A stretch of DNA of 27,422 nt, from IMG/VR virus record IMGVR_UViG_3300031577_000185, positions 1 through 27,422 of that record, one strand, 5' to 3'. Of this stretch, positions 16,068 through 24,253 are shown one piece after another (position 1 is the first letter of the stretch; every line of letters begins with the position of its first letter). This stretch comes from a virus (lineage: Duplodnaviria > Caudoviricetes). The notes beneath the pieces are model-generated. The model was not told the DNA's origin. It did not search any database and saw only the letters and a list, made by a program, of their open reading frames with translations. The position numbers and the translations under genes are program-made.

Positions 16068-17519
16068 ATGTCATTTACCTTTTACACCGTGGGGTTGCTT
16101 GAGGATTTTTCCTATTATAGTAACTGTGTACAAAATAGAAATAGTGCGTACGCCAGATTATCCCCTTATTACGTCGTGGAATTACAAAATGGTTCTAACT
16201 ACGTCTTACGGTATGATTTCCCGCAGGCTGTATCCGAAGTATACCTTTCGGAAATCACTTATATTTCAGCAACCAACGGAAATTATGCATCAAACCGCTT
16301 ATTGGCCTTAAGAAAATCTGACTTAACTACGGATTTGCTGTACTTTGCCATTGACCATACCACAAGGGTGGTTACGGTATATGCCAACAATATAGCCAGA
16401 GGTACGTTTCAGATGCTTGTTGGCGTACAGACACAAATCGAAGTCAGGTTTAAACGGGATGCTACAGCAGGTATTGTTCAAGTGTGGAAAAATGGCGAGC
16501 TTGTTGTAGACTTTACCGGAGATACCGGATTGTCAACTGATCTTATTGCTTGTGCCTATTGGTGTTCGTATTCAGGATATAGCCTTCCGCAATATATTTC
16601 TGATCTTGTTATAACTACCACAGGTCGGATTGCTAACAAGCGTCCGGTAATTCTTCCCCTTACCGGAGCAGGCGATAGCAACCCGCCGAAATACTACGAC
16701 TTTGTGGGCAACCAGTTTTCTACTGGAGGTAGCGGCCTTACAGTGAATCGAACCTATATTCAAAAACAAGCCTTTCAGTACGCTGGGACCTTAACCAGCG
16801 TTACCGCCAACTTTTCAACAGTTGGAACTTGTTATATCGGCATATGCGCTAGGAATGTAGCAACACCTACAAAACACACCCGCCGCTTAGTCTCATCGCA
16901 GCTAACTGTTGGAGCCACTGGAATAAAAACATTTGTAGCCGGAACGGATTTTCCCGCCGACTGGGTGATTGCACCGGGAGAGTGTTTGGCCATTTTCTGT
17001 GAGACAGCGCAAGTAAAATCGGTGAGTGCTTTGGCGGATGATAACAAATATAACTCAGATGCGTCTTACTACTATGCGGGTAATGGACTACTAGGTACCT
17101 CTGAGTTATCGTATATAGCCGGGGTGAGCAATACATTTGATCTAATCTGTGCGCAATACCAAGTTACCAACAGTGGAAACTTTTATAATACCTCGTCGGC
17201 CCTAGACAAGCTTATTAAGAAAGATTTCGTGGAAACGCAGCGGTATGCCGAATTTTCGAATGCCGATGACGCAGTTTTTTGCAGTATTGGTGATTTGCCA
17301 TTGGTATGTACGGGCGTAAAATCTATAAAAGTATCGGCACGATCTATTGCTGGATCCGCCCTTCCAAGCTCTGAGTGGCGGTTAAAGATTGGAACAGATG
17401 ATTTAGCAGTACTCAGTGCGGCTCCTACGAATATGACGCTAAAGACGATACAATTTGATGGCACTTGGACGCCGGAACAATGCAATTCGGCGCAGATCGG
17501 TTATAAGGTCAAACCGTAG
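16068..17519 (+). CDS. Beta-rich virion protein, probable ConA/lectin-like receptor-binding or side-fibre protein
   Basis: Inside the tail-tip operon with SD gaggagg; IEVRFK..GIVQVWKNGELVVDFTGDT and YISDLVI resemble LamG/ConA folds; C-terminal WTPEQCNSAQIGYK. Confidence 0.55.
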   Translation: MSFTFYTVGLLEDFSYYSNCVQNRNSAYARLSPYYVVELQNGSNYVLRYDFPQAVSEVYLSEITYISATNGNYASNRLLALRKSDLTTDLLYFAIDHTTRVVTVYANNIARGTFQMLVGVQTQIEVRFKRDATAGIVQVWKNGELVVDFTGDTGLSTDLIACAYWCSYSGYSLPQYISDLVITTTGRIANKRPVILPLTGAGDSNPPKYYDFVGNQFSTGGSGLTVNRTYIQKQAFQYAGTLTSVTANFSTVGTCYIGICARNVATPTKHTRRLVSSQLTVGATGIKTFVAGTDFPADWVIAPGECLAIFCETAQVKSVSALADDNKYNSDASYYYAGNGLLGTSELSYIAGVSNTFDLICAQYQVTNSGNFYNTSSALDKLIKKDFVETQRYAEFSNADDAVFCSIGDLPLVCTGVKSIKVSARSIAGSALPSSEWRLKIGTDDLAVLSAAPTNMTLKTIQFDGTWTPEQCNSAQIGYKVKP

Positions 17520-17534
17520 AGAGAAGGCACGAAT

Positions 17535-18602
17535 ATGGCGAATGCAAAACTGGCGCAACTAAACGGGACGGTATACATGGAGGGGCTTTCGGCAGAAATT
17601 GCGGGGTTGTATGTACAGGCATTTTTAACCGATGAAATGCTAAATGCGACTAAGCTCTCCGATTTGTATGCTGAAGGATATATAGACGACAGATCGGAAC
17701 TTGCCGCTTTATATGTCCAAGCGCTTGTTGATCCTCATCCTCATCCTTGGATGACAGAAGAAGTAGTAACGGCGGCGTACTGCTGGCGCATTGAACGAAC
17801 AGATGGTGTAGTTTTGGGGTTTACCAGCCATGATCAGGATATTATTTTTGACGGCGTTACGTATGAAGCGGCTACTGGCTTTACCCCGACAGCGGTTGAC
17901 ACGAACGATTCGCTTGCCGTCGATAATCTTGATGTCGACGGAATGTTAACCGCGGATTGTATAACTCAAAATGAACTGGCGGGTGGTGTATATGATTTTG
18001 CCAAGGTAAGCATTTATCTGGTTAATTGGAAGAATATTAGTGATTCCAGGCTTGTATTGCGTCGAGGAACAATCGGCAGACTGCGTTATGGAAAAAACGG
18101 ATTTACTGCCGAAATTCGCGGGTTAACCGAAGCGTATCAACAAAAAGCTGGGGCGGTATACCAAAAGACTTGCCGAGCTACACTGGGTGACGTAAAATGC
18201 AAAATCAATTTGACGGACTATACAACAACGGGAATAGTACTGGCTGTAGAATCGGATACGGAGTTTACGACAAATGTACAGGTGACAGCGGGATTCTACG
18301 ACTATGGCTGTCTCCGCTGGACTTCCGGTACGAATATAAATACGACAGTCGAAGTGAAAACCTATTTGGCAGATGGAACCATCGAGGTATATCTGCCGAC
18401 GATTTGGAAGCCGGAGGTAGGGGACACATTTGTTCTTTCAGCTGGGTGTGATCGTAACTTGTCTACTTGTATAAACAGGTTCAATAACTTACTCAATTTC
18501 AGAGGAGAACCTTATGTGCCGGGAAACGACTATCAGACGGGGTATGCCACGCAGGGTAGTTCCAATGTAGTGGTTGCTGGAACTAATCCCGCCAGAGGGT
18601 AG
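17535..18602 (+). CDS. Baseplate hub, DUF2163/TIGR02218 (RcGTA g13-like), with a repeat-containing N-terminal extension
   Basis: CWRIERTDGVVLGFTSHDQD, CRATLGDVKC, GCDRNLSTCINRFNNLLNFRGEP (four conserved Cys). Confidence 0.9.
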   Translation: MANAKLAQLNGTVYMEGLSAEIAGLYVQAFLTDEMLNATKLSDLYAEGYIDDRSELAALYVQALVDPHPHPWMTEEVVTAAYCWRIERTDGVVLGFTSHDQDIIFDGVTYEAATGFTPTAVDTNDSLAVDNLDVDGMLTADCITQNELAGGVYDFAKVSIYLVNWKNISDSRLVLRRGTIGRLRYGKNGFTAEIRGLTEAYQQKAGAVYQKTCRATLGDVKCKINLTDYTTTGIVLAVESDTEFTTNVQVTAGFYDYGCLRWTSGTNINTTVEVKTYLADGTIEVYLPTIWKPEVGDTFVLSAGCDRNLSTCINRFNNLLNFRGEPYVPGNDYQTGYATQGSSNVVVAGTNPARG

Positions 18603-19037
18603 GTGATAATAATATTTAGCGATGCAATTGTAGCAGAAACGAGAGAATGGATCGGGACGCCCTGGCAGCACCAAGCGAGTTTAAAAGGAATAGCCTGTGA
18701 TTGTGTGGGCCTGGTTCGTGGTGTGTATACTGAAGTTACCGGAAGACCGGTGGAGTGCTCTACCGATTATTATCGCATTCCCATTTCGGGGCGTGAAACC
18801 AGGTTAGTGGAAGAGTTATCCAAATATGCAAATGAAGTCCCTTTAGAAAGTAGGCAGCCTGGCGATGTGCTGCTTTTTTCTTTTTTAAGCCAAGCTTCTA
18901 ATCATGTGGGAATTGATTCTGGTAATGGTCAATTTATTCATGCGTGGCTGGATGTGAACCGGACGGTGGAAATGCCACTAAGCGATGAGTGGCTGCGGTC
19001 GTTACGGCATGTGTTTCGCATCCCGGAGGAAAGCTAG
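18603..19037 (+). CDS. NlpC/P60 cell-wall peptidase (RcGTA g14-like)
   Basis: WIGTPWQHQ, CDCVGLVRGV, PGDVLLF, HVGI, FIHA. Confidence 0.9.
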   Translation: MIIIFSDAIVAETREWIGTPWQHQASLKGIACDCVGLVRGVYTEVTGRPVECSTDYYRIPISGRETRLVEELSKYANEVPLESRQPGDVLLFSFLSQASNHVGIDSGNGQFIHAWLDVNRTVEMPLSDEWLRSLRHVFRIPEES

Positions 19038-21286
19038 TGGCCACTCTGATTCTTGCAAACACCATTGCTGCCGCTAACCCCTTTTGGGCTGCTGTTATGA
19101 CGATGGGAGCTAGTTATATTGACCAGAGCTTGTTTGGCCCTAAACAGCCAAGTGTACAAGGGGCAAAACTGGATGACCTCCGTTTGCAGTGTTCCACCTA
19201 TGGAGTGCTGATCAATACGATTTATGGGACAGTTCGGATTTCCGGTAATGTAATTTGGGGTACTAACTTTGTGGAACATAAAAAGACGCAAAAGCAAGGT
19301 AAGGGCGGCGGGAGAGCTACAACTAGCAGTTACTCTTATACCGTTTCCTGTGCGATTGGCTTATGTGAAGGTGAGATTTCTGGTATTCGCCGGGTGTGGG
19401 CGGATGGTAAAGAAGTAACTGAGCGGTTCTGGGCACAGGAGAGTTCTTCGATAAACTGGACGCTGTACACCGGAACCGAAAACCAAGAACCTGATCCGTT
19501 TATAGCGGCGATCGAAACTTCGCGACCGACTCCCGCCTATAGGGGTTTAGCCTATATTGTTCTAAAAGATTTGGATGTAACGGACTTTGGTAATCGCATC
19601 CCCAACTTTACGTTTGAAGTCTTGTGCGATGGTGCTTTTTTAGACGGTATTATAAAAGAAGCTTCTAGAAAGGCTGGATTAAATGCAGTTTTAGGAGATG
19701 CCGATATTGATGCCAGTGACCTAGCTGGTATCGCGGTTGATGGGTTTACGGTATCATCTGATCGGACCTATCGCGAGCGGGTTGAACAACTGATGACCGT
19801 ATATAACTTTGGCGCGTGCGAAACTGATGGCAAAGTTACTTTTCGGCGGAAAGAACAATGTAATACATTTTATATCCCATTGGAGGATTTAGGAGCAAAA
19901 GAAGGTGACAAAGGGGAAGACGAAATCTACCAGGTGGAACGAAAGCATGACCAGGAATTGCCGAAGACGTTAACTGTGACATATTTGTCGTTGGATAAAG
20001 ACTACCAGGCTGGGGCGTTAACAGCGATACGAGTTAATTGTAACAGTGAAAATGCTGCCTCTTTGGACATTAATCTTTGCCTGACTGATGTCCGCGCTAA
20101 AGAAATGTCGGAACAGAAGCTCTATGAAGCGTGGATTCGACGGTCTACGATAACTGCCGCTCTTGGACCGACATGGGCTTTTCTTTCTCCCGGCGATCAA
20201 TTGGACCTAAATTTAGCCGGGCGCAGGCGGTTGGTGCAACTCACTAAAACAACACTTGGCGCCACTATGTTTTTAAAAGTAGAGGGAACGGACGTTGGTG
20301 GTAATACCTATAAACGAATAGAGCGGGCGATTGATGAAGAGGTGAAACCGTCGCCTGTCCGTGAACCTTCCCTTGTTACCTTCGAGTTTCTGGATATACC
20401 CCGTTTGCCGACAGATACCCGAACAGACCCTATTGTATATATCGCCGCGACCGGATATCCCTACTATAGTGCCAATGTTTTCGAGACAAAAGATGGTGGC
20501 GCGTCTTGGCTTTTAAAAACTCAGGTACTCAGCCAGGGAACAATTGGTCAAGCCTTAACTGCGCTGGCAGTAGGTCCAACGGAATATTGGGATGAGGGGA
20601 ATGGTTTAACGGTATGGCTAGCGAGTGGGACGCTGGAGTCGAGGCCGGAACTAGATGTACTGAATGGGTATAATGCTGCTGTTATCGGGTCAGAAATTAT
20701 CCAGTTTCGTTCAGCGACATTGGTTGCGGCAAATACCTATGTTTTGAGAGGACTTTTGCGTGGACGCCTGGGTACAGAAGAACAGGTTGGTTCGCATACA
20801 GTTGGAGAAAGTTTTGTACTACTGGAGGCGGGAAGAATCGAAAGTATGCAAGCATCGATGGCGGAGTGGTATGCAGAGAAAACGTATCGCGTCGGACCGG
20901 CTACGAAATCAGTTTCGGATGCTGCGTATAGGGAAGTTACTTTTACCAATGCAGGCCGGATGTTTCAGCCCTGGTCAGTTTGTCATGTAGCTGCTAGCCG
21001 GGATGGTGCTGGTAATCTTACTATTACGTGGATACGGCGGGATCGTAACGGGGCGTGGCTGGATAATGTTGATGTACCGATGAGTGAAACCAGTGAAATG
21101 TATGAAATAGATATTATGAATGAATCAACTATTAAACGCACGCTAAAAGTTACGGCACCAAATGTGACCTATACCGCTGCGGACCAGATAGCTGACTTTG
21201 GAATAGTTCAGGCATTTATCACGGTTCGCATCTATCAGATGAGCAGTATTCGCGGACGAGGCATAGGAAAGGAGGTGATTGTTTGA
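19037..21286 (+). CDS. Central tail-tip / host-specificity protein (RcGTA g15 'megatron'-like, shorter)
   Basis: YGTVRISGNVIW, YSYTVSCAIGLCEG, RRVWADGK, PAYRGLAYIV, FGNRIPN, LLRGRLGTE, WIRRDR; SD ggagg before GTG 19037. Confidence 0.88.
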   Translation: MATLILANTIAAANPFWAAVMTMGASYIDQSLFGPKQPSVQGAKLDDLRLQCSTYGVLINTIYGTVRISGNVIWGTNFVEHKKTQKQGKGGGRATTSSYSYTVSCAIGLCEGEISGIRRVWADGKEVTERFWAQESSSINWTLYTGTENQEPDPFIAAIETSRPTPAYRGLAYIVLKDLDVTDFGNRIPNFTFEVLCDGAFLDGIIKEASRKAGLNAVLGDADIDASDLAGIAVDGFTVSSDRTYRERVEQLMTVYNFGACETDGKVTFRRKEQCNTFYIPLEDLGAKEGDKGEDEIYQVERKHDQELPKTLTVTYLSLDKDYQAGALTAIRVNCNSENAASLDINLCLTDVRAKEMSEQKLYEAWIRRSTITAALGPTWAFLSPGDQLDLNLAGRRRLVQLTKTTLGATMFLKVEGTDVGGNTYKRIERAIDEEVKPSPVREPSLVTFEFLDIPRLPTDTRTDPIVYIAATGYPYYSANVFETKDGGASWLLKTQVLSQGTIGQALTALAVGPTEYWDEGNGLTVWLASGTLESRPELDVLNGYNAAVIGSEIIQFRSATLVAANTYVLRGLLRGRLGTEEQVGSHTVGESFVLLEAGRIESMQASMAEWYAEKTYRVGPATKSVSDAAYREVTFTNAGRMFQPWSVCHVAASRDGAGNLTITWIRRDRNGAWLDNVDVPMSETSEMYEIDIMNESTIKRTLKVTAPNVTYTAADQIADFGIVQAFITVRIYQMSSIRGRGIGKEVIV

Positions 21287-21825
21287 GTAACACCGTTCGG
21301 TTAACACTGCCTAATTTAGTGGCAGGACAGGCCCAAAAGGAAATTACCCATAACATGGCATTACAATGTTTAGATGCATTAGTTCAGACGGCGGTAGAAA
21401 GTATGATGCTCACAGTACCTCCTGTTGGAGTAGAGGGAAACCTATATATTGTTGGTCCAGGAGCCACGGGAGCCTGGGCTAGTAAAGAAAACACTCTTAC
21501 GCAATTTGTAGGAGGCGCTTGGTTTTTTTATGCGCCATTTTCTGGTATGCGGGTGTGGAATAAAGCTACCTCTACGGCAATGGTCTTTAAGGGAAGCACG
21601 TGGATGCAAGAAGATACGGCGCAAGATAAGATCGGTTTTTTTGGAACGGCACCGGCAGCTAAAGCTATTGTTGCGTTAAGTAACACAGATAATAGCATTG
21701 GTAGTTTACAAATCAGTACTGTGTACTCCCAAACGGAGATACAGGCTCTGCGTGATAAGTGTGAACAACTGGCAGATGACGTGCGGGCGCTTTATGCAGC
21801 GCTGGGCCAATATGGGTTGGTTTAA
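21283..21825 (+). CDS. DUF2793-domain tail fibre/attachment protein
   Basis: LPNLVAGQAQKEITHNMALQCLDALVQ, YIVGPGATGAW; C-terminal coiled coil. Confidence 0.8.
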   Translation: MSNTVRLTLPNLVAGQAQKEITHNMALQCLDALVQTAVESMMLTVPPVGVEGNLYIVGPGATGAWASKENTLTQFVGGAWFFYAPFSGMRVWNKATSTAMVFKGSTWMQEDTAQDKIGFFGTAPAAKAIVALSNTDNSIGSLQISTVYSQTEIQALRDKCEQLADDVRALYAALGQYGLV

Positions 21826-21839
21826 TAAAGGAGGACTTT

Positions 21840-22277
21840 ATGGTCGAATATACACAAACTGAACTGCGAATCATGGCGGTGTTTTCTGCTGTGGGCGCAG
21901 TTTTTTCTTTCCTTATTGGTGGTGTAGATACGTTGGTGAAAGCTCTGCTTATTTTTATTGCGATGGATTACCTGACCGGTGTTATTGCTGCCTGGAGTAC
22001 GGCTGATTTAAATAGTAAAAAAGGGTTTGAAGGGATTAAACGAAAACTGGTCATGCTGCTTGTGGTCATTGTTGCCAACTGGATCGATATGGCTCTCTTT
22101 GGTAGCAGTGCGTGTAGATCAATGGTGATTTTCGCGTATTTAGGTAATGAAGGGTTAAGCATTATGGAAAACGTAGATCGGATGGGGTATGGCAAGATGA
22201 TTCCGGCGATTGTTCGAGAAAAACTTTTGCAGCTTAGAGAAGAAAAAAAGCCGGGTTCAAAAGAGGATAACCTCTAA
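21840..22277 (+). CDS. Phage holin (toxin secretion/phage lysis holin family)
   Basis: Hydrophobic segments; DYLTGVIAA, SKKGFEGIKRK, NEGLSIMEN. Confidence 0.92.
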   Translation: MVEYTQTELRIMAVFSAVGAVFSFLIGGVDTLVKALLIFIAMDYLTGVIAAWSTADLNSKKGFEGIKRKLVMLLVVIVANWIDMALFGSSACRSMVIFAYLGNEGLSIMENVDRMGYGKMIPAIVREKLLQLREEKKPGSKEDNL

Positions 22278-22331
22278 AAATGATCCTTCGATTTTCCTAC
22301 AAAAACTGTATTTTGAAAAGAAGAAAGAGAT

Positions 22332-22922
22332 ATGAAGATCATGTTAGATCCGGGACATGCGGGAAGAACGGTTGATCCTGGTGCGGTACATGCCAAATCT
22401 GGTTTACAGGAAGCCGATGTTGTTTTAGTCGTTGCGCAGCTGGTTAAAAAATATTTAACGGCTGCGGGGCATGAAGTACAGCTTACCAGAAATACTTGGG
22501 AAGATAAGAAAGCCGATGAACTGAGTTATAGAACCGCTTTATCTAATGAATGGGAAGCAGATGTTTTTGTATCCCTGCATTGTAACAGTGCGGAAAACAA
22601 AGAGGCCAAGGGCTTTGAAGTTTGGACTTCACCCGGCAATACCCGCGGGGATCGGTTAGCGAGCTATATATATGAAGAAATCCATAAGGAGTTTTCAGAT
22701 CGTAGAGGAAGAACCGATTATTCAGATGGGGATGCGGATAAGGAATCGCACTTTTACGTATTGGTGTATACTGCCGCACCAGCGTGCCTGATTGAAATGG
22801 CCTTTATATCAAATGATGAGGAAGCGGCTATGCTAGAAAACTTAACTTGGCAGGATCGCTATGCAAAAGCCATTGCCCGAGGAATTACGGATTACGCAGC
22901 TGAGATAAGTAAAGGCCTATGA
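22332..22922 (+). CDS. Endolysin, N-acetylmuramoyl-L-alanine amidase (Amidase_3), catalytic domain only
   Basis: LDPGHAG, EAD, FVSLHCNS, ACLIEMAFISN; no C-terminal cell-wall-binding domain. Confidence 0.93.
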   Translation: MKIMLDPGHAGRTVDPGAVHAKSGLQEADVVLVVAQLVKKYLTAAGHEVQLTRNTWEDKKADELSYRTALSNEWEADVFVSLHCNSAENKEAKGFEVWTSPGNTRGDRLASYIYEEIHKEFSDRRGRTDYSDGDADKESHFYVLVYTAAPACLIEMAFISNDEEAAMLENLTWQDRYAKAIARGITDYAAEISKGL

Positions 22923-23512
22923 GTTTTTATAGGCCTTGGAGATGGATTTTACTTGTTCCCTTCCTATTAATATTTACAATTTGTGCAGTCTGGTTCTATC
23001 AACGGACTACAGGTGAAGATGCGCGGCAAGCGGTTTTATTTAACAAAGAGCAAATGCAAGATGCAGATTTTGTAGCCCGAAAACTCGACGTGGCACAGCT
23101 GGAAGCCCAAGAGTTGGTGGAGGCATATAACCGAAAAGATACCAAGCCTGCGGTTAGCTTTATTGTAAAAGCACAGTCGCTTGAAAAAGCGGCAGAACAG
23201 GTTAAGGGACGGATTAATTCACATGATCCGTCCTTGCCGCTTGCGGCGCAAGCAGAAAGTGATCGTACTGTAGTGGTTAAGAACGATACGGCGTATAAGG
23301 TAGATGTGCTAAAGATTAACCTGGATAAGTCTTGGGAGATTTCGCTGGGGCTTGGCAGTCACCAGGGGGATGTGTATGTGCCTGTAGCCATGCAGCGAAA
23401 TTATGATGATCATCGTGCGGTGGCGGTTGAGTTTCATATGGCTCCAGAAGACGTGGTACGGGTAAAAATAAAGACCTCCGGGTGGGAGGTTAAACATGTA
23501 TGGCGCTATTGA
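22919..23512 (+). CDS. Membrane-anchored lysis-cassette protein; candidate spanin-like outer-membrane disruptor
   Basis: ATGA overlap with the endolysin; N-terminal TM helix, helical mid-region, four C-terminal amphipathic beta-strands ending in an aromatic residue. The CDS is solid; the function is inferred. Confidence 0.5.
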   Translation: MSFYRPWRWILLVPFLLIFTICAVWFYQRTTGEDARQAVLFNKEQMQDADFVARKLDVAQLEAQELVEAYNRKDTKPAVSFIVKAQSLEKAAEQVKGRINSHDPSLPLAAQAESDRTVVVKNDTAYKVDVLKINLDKSWEISLGLGSHQGDVYVPVAMQRNYDDHRAVAVEFHMAPEDVVRVKIKTSGWEVKHVWRY

Positions 23513-23536
23513 ATATTCAAGGCCCTTTGCTATAAT
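23509..23536 (+). promoter_or_regulatory. Promoter of the antitoxin-doc moron with a palindrome over the -35
   Basis: TTGAAT-16 bp-TATAAT with TG extended -10; ttgaatattcaa (23509-23520) is a perfect 12-bp palindrome. Confidence 0.65.
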
Positions 23537-23561
23537 GAATATACGGAAGGAGCTGAGCTAG

Positions 23562-23702
23562 ATGTTAATAAACAGAAATTCGATTAGTGCTACTGGAAAT
23601 GCGGCTGATAGTAGAATAAAAGCAGAAAAACAGGAAGTAATATCGTCAGTAGCTAAAGCCGGAAAGAAATACGCAAAAATGCTCACTCAATTAAGTAAGT
23701 GA
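23562..23702 (+). CDS. 46-aa putative Doc antitoxin (MLINRNS...KAGKKYAKMLTQLSK)
   Basis: Translated by hand; SD aaggag; GTGA overlap with the doc start; C-terminal helix resembles Doc-neutralising peptides. Confidence 0.65.
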   Translation: MLINRNSISATGNAADSRIKAEKQEVISSVAKAGKKYAKMLTQLSK

Positions 23703-24106
23703 AACTGCTGGATGTTGAGCATATACTTGAAATACATGAATATGGTATAAAAAACTTTTCGGGTTGAAGTGGATTGCGTTCTGATTCCTTAGAAAAATTG
23801 GAGTCGATTTTGGCGCAGTAGTACCCATTTTTTGATGTGGAACGGTACCCTACTTTATTTGAAAAGGCGGCCATGTTACTTTATTTCTTAGTCAAAGGAC
23901 ATTGCTTTCCCGACGGAAATAAGCGAGTTGCAGTGTTAGCGGCGATTGTATTGTTAGATATTAATGGCTATGAGACAATATTTACGGATGAGGAAGGCTA
24001 TGAGATAACTATGGAGGTTGCTGCTTCCAATGTTTCTGAGGAAAACCGCCTAAGCTACATTCAGTGGTTGGCAAAATGGTTAGAGCAATACAGCCAACCG
24101 TTATAA
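23699..24106 (+). pseudogene. doc: Fic/Doc (death-on-curing) toxin with two in-frame stop codons
   Basis: Frame from GTG 23699 reads MKLLDVEHILEIHEYGIKNFSG*SGLRSDSLEKLESILAQ*YPFFDVERYPTLFEKAA...HCFPDGNKR; TGA at 23765-23767, TAG at 23819-23821. Confidence 0.85.
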
Positions 24107-24120
24107 ATTTTATATTATGT

Positions 24121-24157
24121 ACTGTTGCTTTATAGTAGGCAACAGTTTTTTATTTTT
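24121..24157 (+). terminator. Rho-independent terminator
   Basis: actgttgctt-tatagt-aggcaacagt followed by T runs. Confidence 0.78.
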
Positions 24158-24253
24158 ATGTGGAGATATCTTTATTGAGTGGTTTAGTTCCTTGACTAAG
24201 TAGAGGTTCAGAGTGATTAATGGTAGTGGAATTAATAGAGAGGAGGATGCGCG

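Noticed and set aside
16054-16311. 85-aa alternative-frame ORF overlapping the 483-aa gene
   Set aside because: The SD gaggagg is positioned for ATG 16068; no recognisable features
15455-21825. Calling the element a gene transfer agent
   Set aside because: Only the tail tip is GTA-like; the long tape measure, morons, lysis cassette and integrases indicate an ordinary temperate phage
16068-21825. Diversity-generating retroelement or invertible tail-fibre cassette
   Set aside because: No reverse transcriptase, template/variable repeat pair or inverted crossover repeats were seen; the recombinases are large integrase-type enzymes, not Gin/Hin-like invertases
22919-23000. Lipoprotein signal (o-spanin or u-spanin) at FTIC
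   Set aside because: It does not match the [LVI][ASTVI][GAS]C lipobox, hydrophobic residues continue after the Cys, and there is no C-terminal TM helix
23765-23821. Selenocysteine/pyrrolysine or other recoding of the TGA and TAG in doc
   Set aside because: The positions are not catalytic, no SECIS-like hairpin is evident, TGA and TAG serve as normal stops in other genes here, and single-base nonsense changes explain both
24192-24221. Promoter for the recombinase genes (TTGACT ... ATTAAT)
   Set aside because: The -35 is good but the -10 match and spacing are ambiguous; not supported well enough to list
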